Shown here piece after piece: positions 1-8,563 of a stretch of DNA of 64,000 nt. The notes beneath the pieces are model-generated. The model was not told the DNA's origin and did not search any database. It was given only the letters and a program-made list of their open reading frames with translations. Each line of letters begins with the position of its first letter. Within the stretch, counting starts at the first letter, position 1. The DNA is from an uncultured archaeon (GTDB taxonomy: Archaea; Iainarchaeota; Iainarchaeia; Iainarchaeales; JAAZKV01). The stretch lies in the NCBI GenBank assembly GCA_964551375.1, contig CAZKBG010000001.1, positions 490,833-554,832 on the forward strand. The letters run 5' to 3'. The position numbers were made by a program, and so were the translations under genes.

Positions 1-987
1 TAAATGAATTACAAATTGCCTGCTTGTACCCTTCAGAATTACCGTACTGGTAAACCGCAGGAGTAGTTACCCCATTGATTAACAATGTAGGCGAGCCAGT
101 AGCGCCAGCAGCGTTTGAAGCAACTTCGCTTTGCGCCATTAGAGCAACTCCTTCCTTAGCAACACAGTCATTAATCAACGCCTTGTTCAAATCAATTAGA
201 GCCGCAGCGCTTTCCCAGCATGAACCGTTACTTCCGCAGTTGTCATTCACAAGAGTTGAGAAATAAAACCACTTGTTCATGTCGTAGTACTTAGCAACGC
301 AAGCTTCTCTCTGATTCTGAACTGCTTCCGGAGCTCCGTGCAAAGAATCAACATTATTTCCGCTTACCGAAACAATGTAATGCACATTGAAATCCGCTTT
401 GTCCTTTAATAATTCGAAAACAGGGAACATTGTGTCTTCAGCCTGATTCCCGTAAGGACAAAAACTCATAACGTAGAGGTCAACAACAGGCTTAGCTGTC
501 TTAACAGGCTCAACGCTCGCAGTCGGAGTAGGTTCAGTTTTTGGCAAATCCTTTGTCATGTCAAACTTCTGACCAATCAAAAGATTTTCCCCGCTGGCAT
601 AAACATTTCCAGCAGCAACTTCTTTTCCTGCCTGAAGAATTGAGTATTTTAGCTCCATCAAGCCTCCGCCTAAATCATTAACATCCGAAATACTAGCCGA
701 AACTGTATCGTCCAAAAGCAAATTCTTGTTAATGAAATCCCCAACTTTAGTTTTCAAAGCCGAAGTATCAACACTTGCTGTATTTGTTGAAGTTGTAGAA
801 ACCTTGTCCGAATTCAGACCAGCTCCATAACCAACATATGTGCCTGCAAGAGCAGCAATTAACACAAGCACAAGCATTACAACCACAGTAGCCAAACTAA
901 ATCCTAATAGCTTGTCTTCCGCGGGTTTGGATTCAGCATCATGCTCGTGATGAGCAGAATGATGAACCTTATGTTCTTTACTCATAA
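1..987 (-). CDS. Membrane-anchored thioredoxin-fold (DsbA-like) protein; C-terminus runs off the window
   Basis: ATG is the complement of 985-987 and the frame is open to position 1. His-rich N-terminus (MSKEHKVHHSAHHEHD), one TM helix, then a thioredoxin CxxC-type motif (DLYVMSFCPYGNQAED). Not in the ORF track because it is truncated at the window edge. Confidence 0.5.
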
Positions 988-1009
988 TATAACCCCCTAT
1001 AGAGTAACT

Positions 1010-1462
1010 TTAAGTCCACTTGCTACTATTTAGGTCGCAAGCAGGATTAACACCACCATTACTTGAAATAACTTCCCCAGTCACAGGGTCCTTGCCGGCT
1101 AATTGATTCAACGTGCACGCAACACTTGAATCCGGCCCATTACAATTACCGTAAGCAATCCAATTATAAACCGCAAGACCGCCCACAAAAGCCGACCAAA
1201 TCAAAGAAATCACCATCACAATAGTGACAATCATTGACAACGCTTCAAAATGCTTAAACACAAAACCCCCAAAAGGCTTGCTCATTTTAGCAATTTTTGA
1301 AGTAATCTTCATCTTCATCTTCTTATCAAAAGAAGACGTGCACTTGCGCAGAGTCGCTTTTCTAAAAACACAATCAGCCGCTTCCAAAAAATAAGACCTG
1401 TACTTGGCCGAAAAAATGCCAAGAACAGCAAAAACAAAAAGAGCAATAAAGCAAATAACCAT
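1010..1462 (-). CDS. Small membrane protein with paired cysteines; possible redox partner of the adjacent thioredoxin-fold protein
   Basis: 150-aa ORF with hydrophobic helices and Cys pairs (ADCVFRKATLRKC; YGNCNGPDSSVAC; NPACD). Only 22 nt downstream of the DsbA-like gene on the same strand. Too few TM helices for a confident VKOR/DsbB call. Confidence 0.35.
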   Translation of the reverse strand: MVICFIALFVFAVLGIFSAKYRSYFLEAADCVFRKATLRKCTSSFDKKMKMKITSKIAKMSKPFGGFVFKHFEALSMIVTIVMVISLIWSAFVGGLAVYNWIAYGNCNGPDSSVACTLNQLAGKDPVTGEVISSNGGVNPACDLNSSKWT

Positions 1463-1811
1463 TAACTAAAACCCCGGATTTTACGTCTTTAACTGAAAAA
1501 ATCAGCAGGAAAATGTTTAAAAACAGAGGCAAAACGTTCTCCAAAAACCCACCTGCCGCCAAGAATGCGCTCGAAAATAAAAAACAACCAAACGGTTGAA
1601 CAAAAAACAACTTTAACCATAATAAGGGGCCAAACAGCAGTTAATTCATGGAAGAACGAATAATAGAATACAAAAACAACTCCGAAATAGAGCCGATTAT
1701 AATAAAACTGACCAAAGAAAACTTCCTTCTTGTAAAACACGCAATCAGAAACAAAACGCTTTACTTCAAAAAAATAACTTCCCCTCCAGAAACCCATTCA
1801 ATAATACTAAT

Positions 1812-2138
1812 GTGAGGCTGAATAAAATGTTTAGTGTAATAGACAACGCATACCTAAGAAAAGCATACGAAAACCAGAAAATCACAATCAAACACCAAAA
1901 AATACTTTTCATACTGCTGCACGATAAAAAATACTACGAAAAAGGAGAACTCTTAGGACTCACAAACCAATCACTAGAAGAACTTGACGAACTCCTAATT
2001 GACTTAGAAAAAACGGGGCTAATAACAGTAGAAGGATGGCTTGTAAAAATAGCCGACCACGCAAAACTATTCTCAACAATCGACGAAGAACCCCAAAAAA
2101 TAAAAATAACCCAAAAACGAACTAAAAAAAGGGTTTAA
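1812..2138 (+). CDS. Hypothetical small protein, possible winged-helix DNA-binding protein
   Basis: 108-aa ORF with a Lys-rich C-terminus. Helix-turn-helix-like middle (HQKILFILLHDKKYYEKGELLGLTNQSLEELDELLIDLEKTGLI). Confidence 0.4.
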   Translation: MRLNKMFSVIDNAYLRKAYENQKITIKHQKILFILLHDKKYYEKGELLGLTNQSLEELDELLIDLEKTGLITVEGWLVKIADHAKLFSTIDEEPQKIKITQKRTKKRV

Positions 2139-2162
2139 ATAAAAAACGCCTCAATAATAAGT

Positions 2163-2999
2163 ATGCTAACCGAAACACTCGCGCCAATATTTGGCAACAA
2201 CACAACAAAAGCGCTAATCATCCAAACACTAACCGAAAAACCCCTCACAATCAAAGAAATACACACAAGAATCCAAAAAACCACAAACAAAAACATAACC
2301 TACCAAGCAATGCACAAAGCAACAAAAGAAATGATAACAGACCAAATACTCGAAAAACACGGAAAACAAGTGAGGATAAATAAAGAGTGGGTTGAAAAGT
2401 TAGCAAAATTAACTGAACAATTACAAAATCAAAAAGATTACAAAACAGTAAGTTCAACCATACAAAAATTTGAATATAACACATTTTCAGAATTTGGAAA
2501 AGCGATTCTGCGTGAATGGATGAAGATTCAAAATCCAAATAACTTGACTAGTTTTTGCATTCTCAACCATGCTTGGCCATTAATGAGCATGGATAAAGAA
2601 GACTGGACATTATTTCAGAAGCTTTTTACAAATGAAAAATTTTACGGCATAATATCAAACAGCACCCAATTAGACATCGCTTTTGAGAAGCCATTTGAAA
2701 CATTTGGAAAACGAGTGATAGTTGATCCAACATTAAATTTAGAATATGACTTAATAATAATAGGCGACTCAATAACCCAAGTATATTTTGAAAAAAGCTT
2801 TAAACAAGAACATGATAAATTATTTAGAAAGTATAAAAAACTTGATGAAAAAGCTGTGCGTGCTTTAACTGAACATTTTTTAATCAATAAAACGCGAATA
2901 GTTGCCCTTTTGATAACTGACCCACAACTTGCTGAACTTAATAGAAGGAATGCACTGTCAATTGTTGAAAAGTCAATCAAAAAGCACAAAACAAAATAA
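2163..2999 (+). CDS. Hypothetical protein with N-terminal winged-helix-like region
   Basis: 278-aa ORF. N-terminus (TKALIIQTLTEKPLTIKEIHTRI) resembles a wHTH. The rest is not recognised. Confidence 0.4.
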   Translation: MLTETLAPIFGNNTTKALIIQTLTEKPLTIKEIHTRIQKTTNKNITYQAMHKATKEMITDQILEKHGKQVRINKEWVEKLAKLTEQLQNQKDYKTVSSTIQKFEYNTFSEFGKAILREWMKIQNPNNLTSFCILNHAWPLMSMDKEDWTLFQKLFTNEKFYGIISNSTQLDIAFEKPFETFGKRVIVDPTLNLEYDLIIIGDSITQVYFEKSFKQEHDKLFRKYKKLDEKAVRALTEHFLINKTRIVALLITDPQLAELNRRNALSIVEKSIKKHKTK

Positions 3000-3035
3000 T
3001 ATTAAGTAAAAAGAACTATTCTACACAGTGGTTTT

Positions 3036-4274
3036 GTGGTTTTTGACATAAGTATTGGAACAAGCCAAAACTGGGATGCCAAAACAGCAACTTTAGAGGC
3101 TCTAAAAACAGCATTAAAAGGAACTGATCCCCCAAAATTTGCCCTCGTTTTTGCAACAATTCATTACTTAAAAAATAAAGGCTTACAACAGATACTTGAT
3201 ACAGTATATCAAAATGTTCCAAAAAGCACGCCTTTAATTGGAGGGACAGTTGCTGGATTTATGAATAAATCTGGTGTATTTACAAGAGGATTAACTGTAT
3301 TATTTGCATATTCTGACGAGATAGATGTAAAAGCTAATATTGGCTATAACACAAAAAGATCCCCTACAATAGCTGCAAAAGATTGTTCAAAAGGATTATT
3401 ATCAACTACTGGTAAAAAAAATAATTTTATATTTCTAGTATCAAGTGCTGTTGTTCCAAATGTCCCAATATTTAATAAAAAGGTTGTACAGTTAAGCGCA
3501 ATATCCCCTTTTGTAAAAATATTTGATACATTTTCTTCGCTTTTACAAATTGGACCAAGCAGAGACGAAACTGTGTTTAATGAATTCTCAAACGAGATGA
3601 AAGATAGTGTTGGAATTGGCGGAGGCGTTTGTGATAATTTAGAATTATTTAATAATTATGTATTTTACAATAACAAAGTTATAACAAATAGTGTTGTAGC
3701 TCTTGCGATTAGCAGTAATACTCAATACACTGTTAGAACCAGTAGCCGATTATTCCCAACTCAAAAGAAGCTCAATATAAGCAAATTATCAAAAAGTAGA
3801 TATGTTATAGAAAAAATAAATGGCAACCCCCCTCTTGACGAATATCTAAAAATAATGGGTTGGCCAAAAGACTTTATTGATGAACGAATGTACCGAAAAA
3901 TATTTTATTACCCAATAATAAATGAAGCTAATAAAAATAAAGAATCTCGAATGTTTGGTTTGGTTTATGGAAATCAATTTATTTGCCCAATGAAAATTTA
4001 TCCTGGAGAAAGCCAATTATACACATCATCAGGAAAAGACTTAATAGATTCAATAACTGATGTTACTGGCGATGAGAAATCTAAATTTACATTCATTGTT
4101 TCATGCGGCACTAGACTTGAAACACTTGGACACAAAGCATACTTAATAAACCAAAAGATATTAGAAAAACACGACGGCAACTTCCTTGTAATATATACTG
4201 CAGGAGAATATTCGAAAGACACTACTAATATAAAAACAAATTATCAGACAGATAATTCATTGTCCTTTTACTAA
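3036..4274 (+). CDS. FIST-domain-like putative sensory protein
   Basis: 412 aa. The N-terminal pattern (PKFALVFATIHY...STPLIGGTVAGFMNKSGVF...GLTVLF) matches the FIST_N layout as I recall it. Confidence 0.45.
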   Translation: MVFDISIGTSQNWDAKTATLEALKTALKGTDPPKFALVFATIHYLKNKGLQQILDTVYQNVPKSTPLIGGTVAGFMNKSGVFTRGLTVLFAYSDEIDVKANIGYNTKRSPTIAAKDCSKGLLSTTGKKNNFIFLVSSAVVPNVPIFNKKVVQLSAISPFVKIFDTFSSLLQIGPSRDETVFNEFSNEMKDSVGIGGGVCDNLELFNNYVFYNNKVITNSVVALAISSNTQYTVRTSSRLFPTQKKLNISKLSKSRYVIEKINGNPPLDEYLKIMGWPKDFIDERMYRKIFYYPIINEANKNKESRMFGLVYGNQFICPMKIYPGESQLYTSSGKDLIDSITDVTGDEKSKFTFIVSCGTRLETLGHKAYLINQKILEKHDGNFLVIYTAGEYSKDTTNIKTNYQTDNSLSFY

Positions 4275-5414
4275 TTCTTTTAATTCATCAACCGAGTGTG
4301 TTTTATAAAACTTAGTTGCTTCATCCAGAGGAATAATTCCTGCAATTGACAACATCAAAATCAATCCACTTTTCTTTTGATCTTTAAATGAATAAATCTT
4401 TTTCACCAATTTAAGTAATGCATCTGATTCTTCAAATTGTTTTGATAGTGGATTGGATTTAATCTTCTTGCCAATATTCTTACCCAAATAATCCCCCATT
4501 ATGATTGCAGGTAGTATGCCCTCAACGAAAGGTTTGAAATTATCATTCGCGGAGTCCCCAACAGAATAAACATTTCCAAATACCCTTTTTTTAGTAACAT
4601 AAAAAAAAGGGGCTTTTTTACTTTTATTTTTAACAAACTTGGCTGAAGAAACTTGCTTTTTCACAATAGGCAAATCTAAGAACTCATAAAAATATTTTTC
4701 AATTGGCTTCGTAGGGGCAATTCCACCAACTCCAACATTAGCAACCCCCTTCCCTTTCGGAAATATGTAAGCATACCCTTTTGGAGTAAATTCACCAAAA
4801 AATATTTGCTCTTTATTATCATCAATTAGTTCTACCCCATGCAACTCCCAAGAATAAACGTCTGCGTATTGACCTTTTTTTAATTTATAAACTCCAAGCA
4901 GAGTTAAAGTTTTTGATTCCACCCCATCAGCAGCAACTACATACTTAGGAAATATTTCAATATATTTTCCGTTATTATTTACTATTACAGAATTAATTTT
5001 TGATTTAGACTTATTTATCTTAACCAACTCTGTTGATGTCAAAACTTGTCCTCCGTTTGACATTACCTCGTTTGATAGCCACTTTTCAAATCCAGCTCTA
5101 TTAAGTGAAAAAGATTTCCAAAACCCATCTTTTAAATTAAGCGAAACACCTTCTGAATAAAATATCATCCCATCCATTTCCAAATCAAGATATTTCTTAG
5201 GAATTGAAAATGGTAATGCAGGTAATAAATATGCAGCAATTCCCTCAGCACATCTAATATCTTCACCAATTTCGCTTTTCTTATCAATACAAATTACTGA
5301 TTTATTATTTAACCGAGCTGCACGAGCAACACTCAATCCCGCAGGCCCTGCGCCAATTACCAAAACATCACAATTCATTAAATTCACTTTTTGTATACAT
5401 TTTAACTTATCCAA
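4257..5414 (-). CDS. Geranylgeranyl reductase family FAD-dependent oxidoreductase (paralog 1)
   Basis: Rossmann FAD motif CDVLVIGAGPAGLSVA near the N-terminus. Length and the ...GDSAN motif near the middle are typical of archaeal digeranylgeranylglycerophospholipid reductases. True start is probably the internal Met (MNCDVLVIG). Confidence 0.8.
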   Translation of the reverse strand: MDKLKCIQKVNLMNCDVLVIGAGPAGLSVARAARLNNKSVICIDKKSEIGEDIRCAEGIAAYLLPALPFSIPKKYLDLEMDGMIFYSEGVSLNLKDGFWKSFSLNRAGFEKWLSNEVMSNGGQVLTSTELVKINKSKSKINSVIVNNNGKYIEIFPKYVVAADGVESKTLTLLGVYKLKKGQYADVYSWELHGVELIDDNKEQIFFGEFTPKGYAYIFPKGKGVANVGVGGIAPTKPIEKYFYEFLDLPIVKKQVSSAKFVKNKSKKAPFFYVTKKRVFGNVYSVGDSANDNFKPFVEGILPAIIMGDYLGKNIGKKIKSNPLSKQFEESDALLKLVKKIYSFKDQKKSGLILMLSIAGIIPLDEATKFYKTHSVDELKELVKGQ

Positions 5415-6620
5415 CTATAAAAGCTTCAATCCCAACCCAACCGACTTTATTGGTCTTCTTAGCACTGCGGTGATTAAGTGTCTGATTTTATAATCATCAG
5501 AGTCAATCAATGAATCCAAGTGTTGTTTTTCGTTTAGGTAGTTTGCTGTTTCAACTAAGAAGTTAAAGTCTGCATTTGATAATTTGTCATAGGTTTTTCG
5601 GAGGTTTATGATGCTGGTTTCGGTTCCAAATTCCTTGTCAATTTTTTTAGCGTATGAGTTGAGCGCTTCTTTATTTGCGCCGATTGATTTTATTTCTTCA
5701 GCAAGCATTGCCCCTGAACGCATTGCGGGATTTACGCCGTAAGCAAATACAGGGCTCATGGTTCTTGCAGCATCTCCTGCGAAGGCAATATTTCCAATTA
5801 CGCGCACTGATGTTTTTGAAATAGTCCTTTCTCCGCCGTTTTGTTTTATTGTCTTTGAGCCAAGCATTATTCCATAAAGTTCCTGATTTTCTTTTATGAA
5901 TTCTTTATATAGTTCTTTTATTGGGCGCTTAATCAAGGCTTTATTCACCACAAGCATGCACATTCCGAATTTTTTTGATACTTTTCCAGCGAAGAAATAT
6001 CCCCCCGGAGCATAATTTGCGTCAAAAAATATCGAGGTGGTTTTGTCTTCCATTCTTAACCCGGATACAAGGGCTCCAAAGCCAAGAATTTCTGTTTTGT
6101 TTGATTCAGAAACCCCAAGCATTTCCATAAAATAGTTATCGCTACCTGTTGCTGCAACAACAATCTTTGGCTTAATTATGAACCGTTTTTCTTTGGACTC
6201 AACTATTACCGAACTAATTTTATTACCTGTTTTGTTAAGCTGGTGTATTCTTGTTGAAAAGAATAAATTAACTTTGTTTCTTTTCATTGCTTTCATTATG
6301 GAATAATCAAGCGACTTTTTTGATTTTCCCCTCAAGAAAAACAAGTCATGCACTTTTGAAACAAAAGTGAATTTGTCATTAGGAGAGTACCATATTGATT
6401 TGTTTGTTTTGGCAAGAACTGAAAGTTTTAATTCAGAAACAAGTTCTCCAATCCCTTTGTTTTCAGTAATATCAATTTTTTCAGTATGCATTGAGCCGGG
6501 AAACTTGCCCGCATCAATGCAGATTACTTTAAACCCGTTTTTTGCAAGCTTTGCCGCGCACACTCCGCCAGCGGGCCCAGCTCCGACAACTAATACATCA
6601 CAGCGAGTTTCTTTTGCCAT
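5415..6620 (-). CDS. Geranylgeranyl reductase family FAD-dependent oxidoreductase (paralog 2)
   Basis: CDVLVVGAGPAGGVCA FAD-binding motif and AFAGDAARTMSP motif. Directly abuts paralog 1 (stop/start adjacent). Confidence 0.8.
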   Translation of the reverse strand: MAKETRCDVLVVGAGPAGGVCAAKLAKNGFKVICIDAGKFPGSMHTEKIDITENKGIGELVSELKLSVLAKTNKSIWYSPNDKFTFVSKVHDLFFLRGKSKKSLDYSIMKAMKRNKVNLFFSTRIHQLNKTGNKISSVIVESKEKRFIIKPKIVVAATGSDNYFMEMLGVSESNKTEILGFGALVSGLRMEDKTTSIFFDANYAPGGYFFAGKVSKKFGMCMLVVNKALIKRPIKELYKEFIKENQELYGIMLGSKTIKQNGGERTISKTSVRVIGNIAFAGDAARTMSPVFAYGVNPAMRSGAMLAEEIKSIGANKEALNSYAKKIDKEFGTETSIINLRKTYDKLSNADFNFLVETANYLNEKQHLDSLIDSDDYKIRHLITAVLRRPIKSVGLGLKLL

Positions 6621-6646
6621 TGGTAAGCACTGCCTTTAATTTTTTG

Positions 6647-7033
6647 TTAAAACGAGGCGCCCTCTTCTTTTCTATCTATAATAATCTTTACTTTTCTTTT
6701 TGTATTTTCAACTTCAACATCAATCAAACCCATGTTTGCGAGCGAAGGAATTATTACAAGAAGCGAGAAAGTCTGGCTGATTGGAGCAAATATTATTGTG
6801 TAATCCCCAAGTTCAAAATTTAATCTGTCAATTTTATACACAAAAAAGTTTTCAATTATTGGAAAAATCTGATTTGTTGTTTCTTTAACCCTGTTCCAAA
6901 GATTAACATCCTTTACTTTAAGCCCTTCAGGAATTACTCCCCCCAACCCTTTTTTTGCAAGCATGCATGCGAGGACATCATCCATTTTGAGCAAATCGCC
7001 AAGAACTGCTAAAACTTCTTCCTTTTTACCCAT
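6647..7033 (-). CDS. Roadblock/LC7 (MglB-like) domain protein, putative
   Basis: 128-aa ORF. Alternating hydrophobic pattern (VLACMLAKKGLGGVIPEG ... YTIIFAPISQTFSLLVIIPSLANMGLIDVEVE) is consistent with the Roadblock fold. Weak call. Confidence 0.4.
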   Translation of the reverse strand: MGKKEEVLAVLGDLLKMDDVLACMLAKKGLGGVIPEGLKVKDVNLWNRVKETTNQIFPIIENFFVYKIDRLNFELGDYTIIFAPISQTFSLLVIIPSLANMGLIDVEVENTKRKVKIIIDRKEEGASF

Positions 7034-7048
7034 AATAATTAGTACTTA

Positions 7049-7690
7049 TTAGGCAGTTTTGTGGTAATAAAACTTTCTCTTGGTGCTTAAATTCTTGCTC
7101 ACAAGCATTACAACAGCATACCCAATATCCCAAGCAAGGAATGCGAAGAAGAACATTAATGGGAAGAATCCCAAAAGCGCAAATGCAAGAACCGCTATTT
7201 TCATCACAAATCTAAATTCAAAGAATAAATGAATATATTTCCCAAACGGCTTGTGTGAGTGATAAACATTGTTTGAATCAACCCAGTCGTTTCCAATTTC
7301 ATCAAAAATACCGGCAATCGAAATTATTATCAAAGGAATTGGAAGAATTAAAACAAACATGAACGCGCTTGGATCCATGAAGAAGTATGCTGTGTAAACG
7401 CAAAGAACCGCAACTATGAAAGCCAAGTTATCAATTTTTCCTTTAACAATTACTCCTATTATTATTGCAGTAAGAAGCATTGCCGAAGCAGGGTGAAGCA
7501 CCATAATGTATGCCCAAAAAATTGCAGTTATTGGAGAAAGAGCAAATGCAATTGCCTGCGGAAAAGTGTTTTCATCAAAAGCATCGTCAATGAATTTAAC
7601 AGCTGCCCCGATTAAGAAATAAGAAAGTATGAAAAAAAACGCGATAAAGAAAGGGTTCTGGGCAACAAGGGTTTCCACAAGGAAAGACAA
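7049..7690 (-). CDS. Integral membrane protein, function unknown
   Basis: 213 aa with at least 6 predicted hydrophobic helices. No recognisable motifs. Confidence 0.5.
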   Translation of the reverse strand: MSFLVETLVAQNPFFIAFFFILSYFLIGAAVKFIDDAFDENTFPQAIAFALSPITAIFWAYIMVLHPASAMLLTAIIIGVIVKGKIDNLAFIVAVLCVYTAYFFMDPSAFMFVLILPIPLIIISIAGIFDEIGNDWVDSNNVYHSHKPFGKYIHLFFEFRFVMKIAVLAFALLGFFPLMFFFAFLAWDIGYAVVMLVSKNLSTKRKFYYHKTA

Positions 7691-7712
7691 TTATAACACC
7701 TAAAAATGCAAC

Positions 7713-8486
7713 TTAAATCTCTGATTCCTTGATTGTTACTCCGCCACTCTCAAGCGCGTAAGGAATAGTTTGTTTTGAATGGTCAGTGTAACGCATTTTT
7801 CTAATTAACAAGCTTCTCAAATCAACAGAGCCTACTCCGACATAGTGGAGAACTAAAACACCGTCTGCGATGAATTCGCTCACACCATCAGCGCTTAAAG
7901 TTTTTTCATCTTCAGGAAGCTCGGTAGTAAGCATTGTTGTAACGCCATACTTTTTTACTTCCTTAAATAGTTTGTAAAGAACATTTTTGTTCCAAATCTC
8001 TTCAGATCTTGGAATCGGGTTGATTGTTTCAGCAATCTGAACCATTGAGAAAGTGTTTCCGTCAGCAATTCCAGATAAAAGCAAGTTATCAACAAGAGTT
8101 GTCAAAGAATCAACAACAATTCTTTTTGGCTTAAATTCATTAATCACGTTATTCAAAGTCTCTGGGAATTTTGATCCGCCTGTAATATCATAATACCAAA
8201 TTTTAATCAAATTCTTCTGTTCAAGCTCCGCAAGTCTCCAATTATAAGCCCCAGCCTGCTTGTACAATTCTTCCCTGTTCTGCTCCGTAGAAATGTAAAG
8301 GCCTTTTTCTCCAAAAATAGTAGCGCCGTTAACCAAGAACTGCATGCAAAAAGTGGATTTACCAGTTCCTGCTCCGCCCGAAATTAAAACAGTGTTTCCA
8401 TTTGGAACCCCGCCGTTCATGGCTTTATCAAGACCCTGAATACCAGTCTTTGTTCGAATAATCTCCTGCAAAGGCATTTTTTCCAA
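7713..8486 (-). CDS. KaiC/RadB-like RecA-superfamily ATPase
   Basis: Walker A GGAGTGKSTFCMQF preceded by the GIQGLDKAMNGG motif typical of KaiC-like archaeal ATPases. A Walker B-like hydrophobic stretch follows. Confidence 0.75.
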   Translation of the reverse strand: MEKMPLQEIIRTKTGIQGLDKAMNGGVPNGNTVLISGGAGTGKSTFCMQFLVNGATIFGEKGLYISTEQNREELYKQAGAYNWRLAELEQKNLIKIWYYDITGGSKFPETLNNVINEFKPKRIVVDSLTTLVDNLLLSGIADGNTFSMVQIAETINPIPRSEEIWNKNVLYKLFKEVKKYGVTTMLTTELPEDEKTLSADGVSEFIADGVLVLHYVGVGSVDLRSLLIRKMRYTDHSKQTIPYALESGGVTIKESEI

Positions 8487-8563
8487 CTCTGTACTTAGTA
8501 AAAAGAACTAGTATTTAAAGATGACTATGGACACAAAAAATTAATCCACTACTTAAATTTGGT

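Noticed and set aside
75-266. 63-aa plus-strand ORF from the ORF track
   Set aside because: Lies entirely inside, and antisense to, the much longer minus-strand thioredoxin-fold gene (1..987). Ala/Ser-rich low-complexity translation.
1374-1797. Two overlapping minus-strand ORFs (78 and 102 aa) in the A-rich spacer before 1812
   Set aside because: Phe/Leu/Val-rich translations are typical of reading an A-rich non-coding strand in reverse. No start context or motifs. Treated as intergenic.
2251-2989. Minus-strand ORFs 2251..2538 and 2642..2989
   Set aside because: Antisense to the 278-aa plus-strand gene. Leu/Phe/Cys-rich artefacts of Lys/Glu-rich coding sequence on the other strand. The same reasoning was applied to the many similar antisense ORFs across the window, for example 9396..10696, 28437..29342, 44054..45841, 52354..53394 and 59882..61714.
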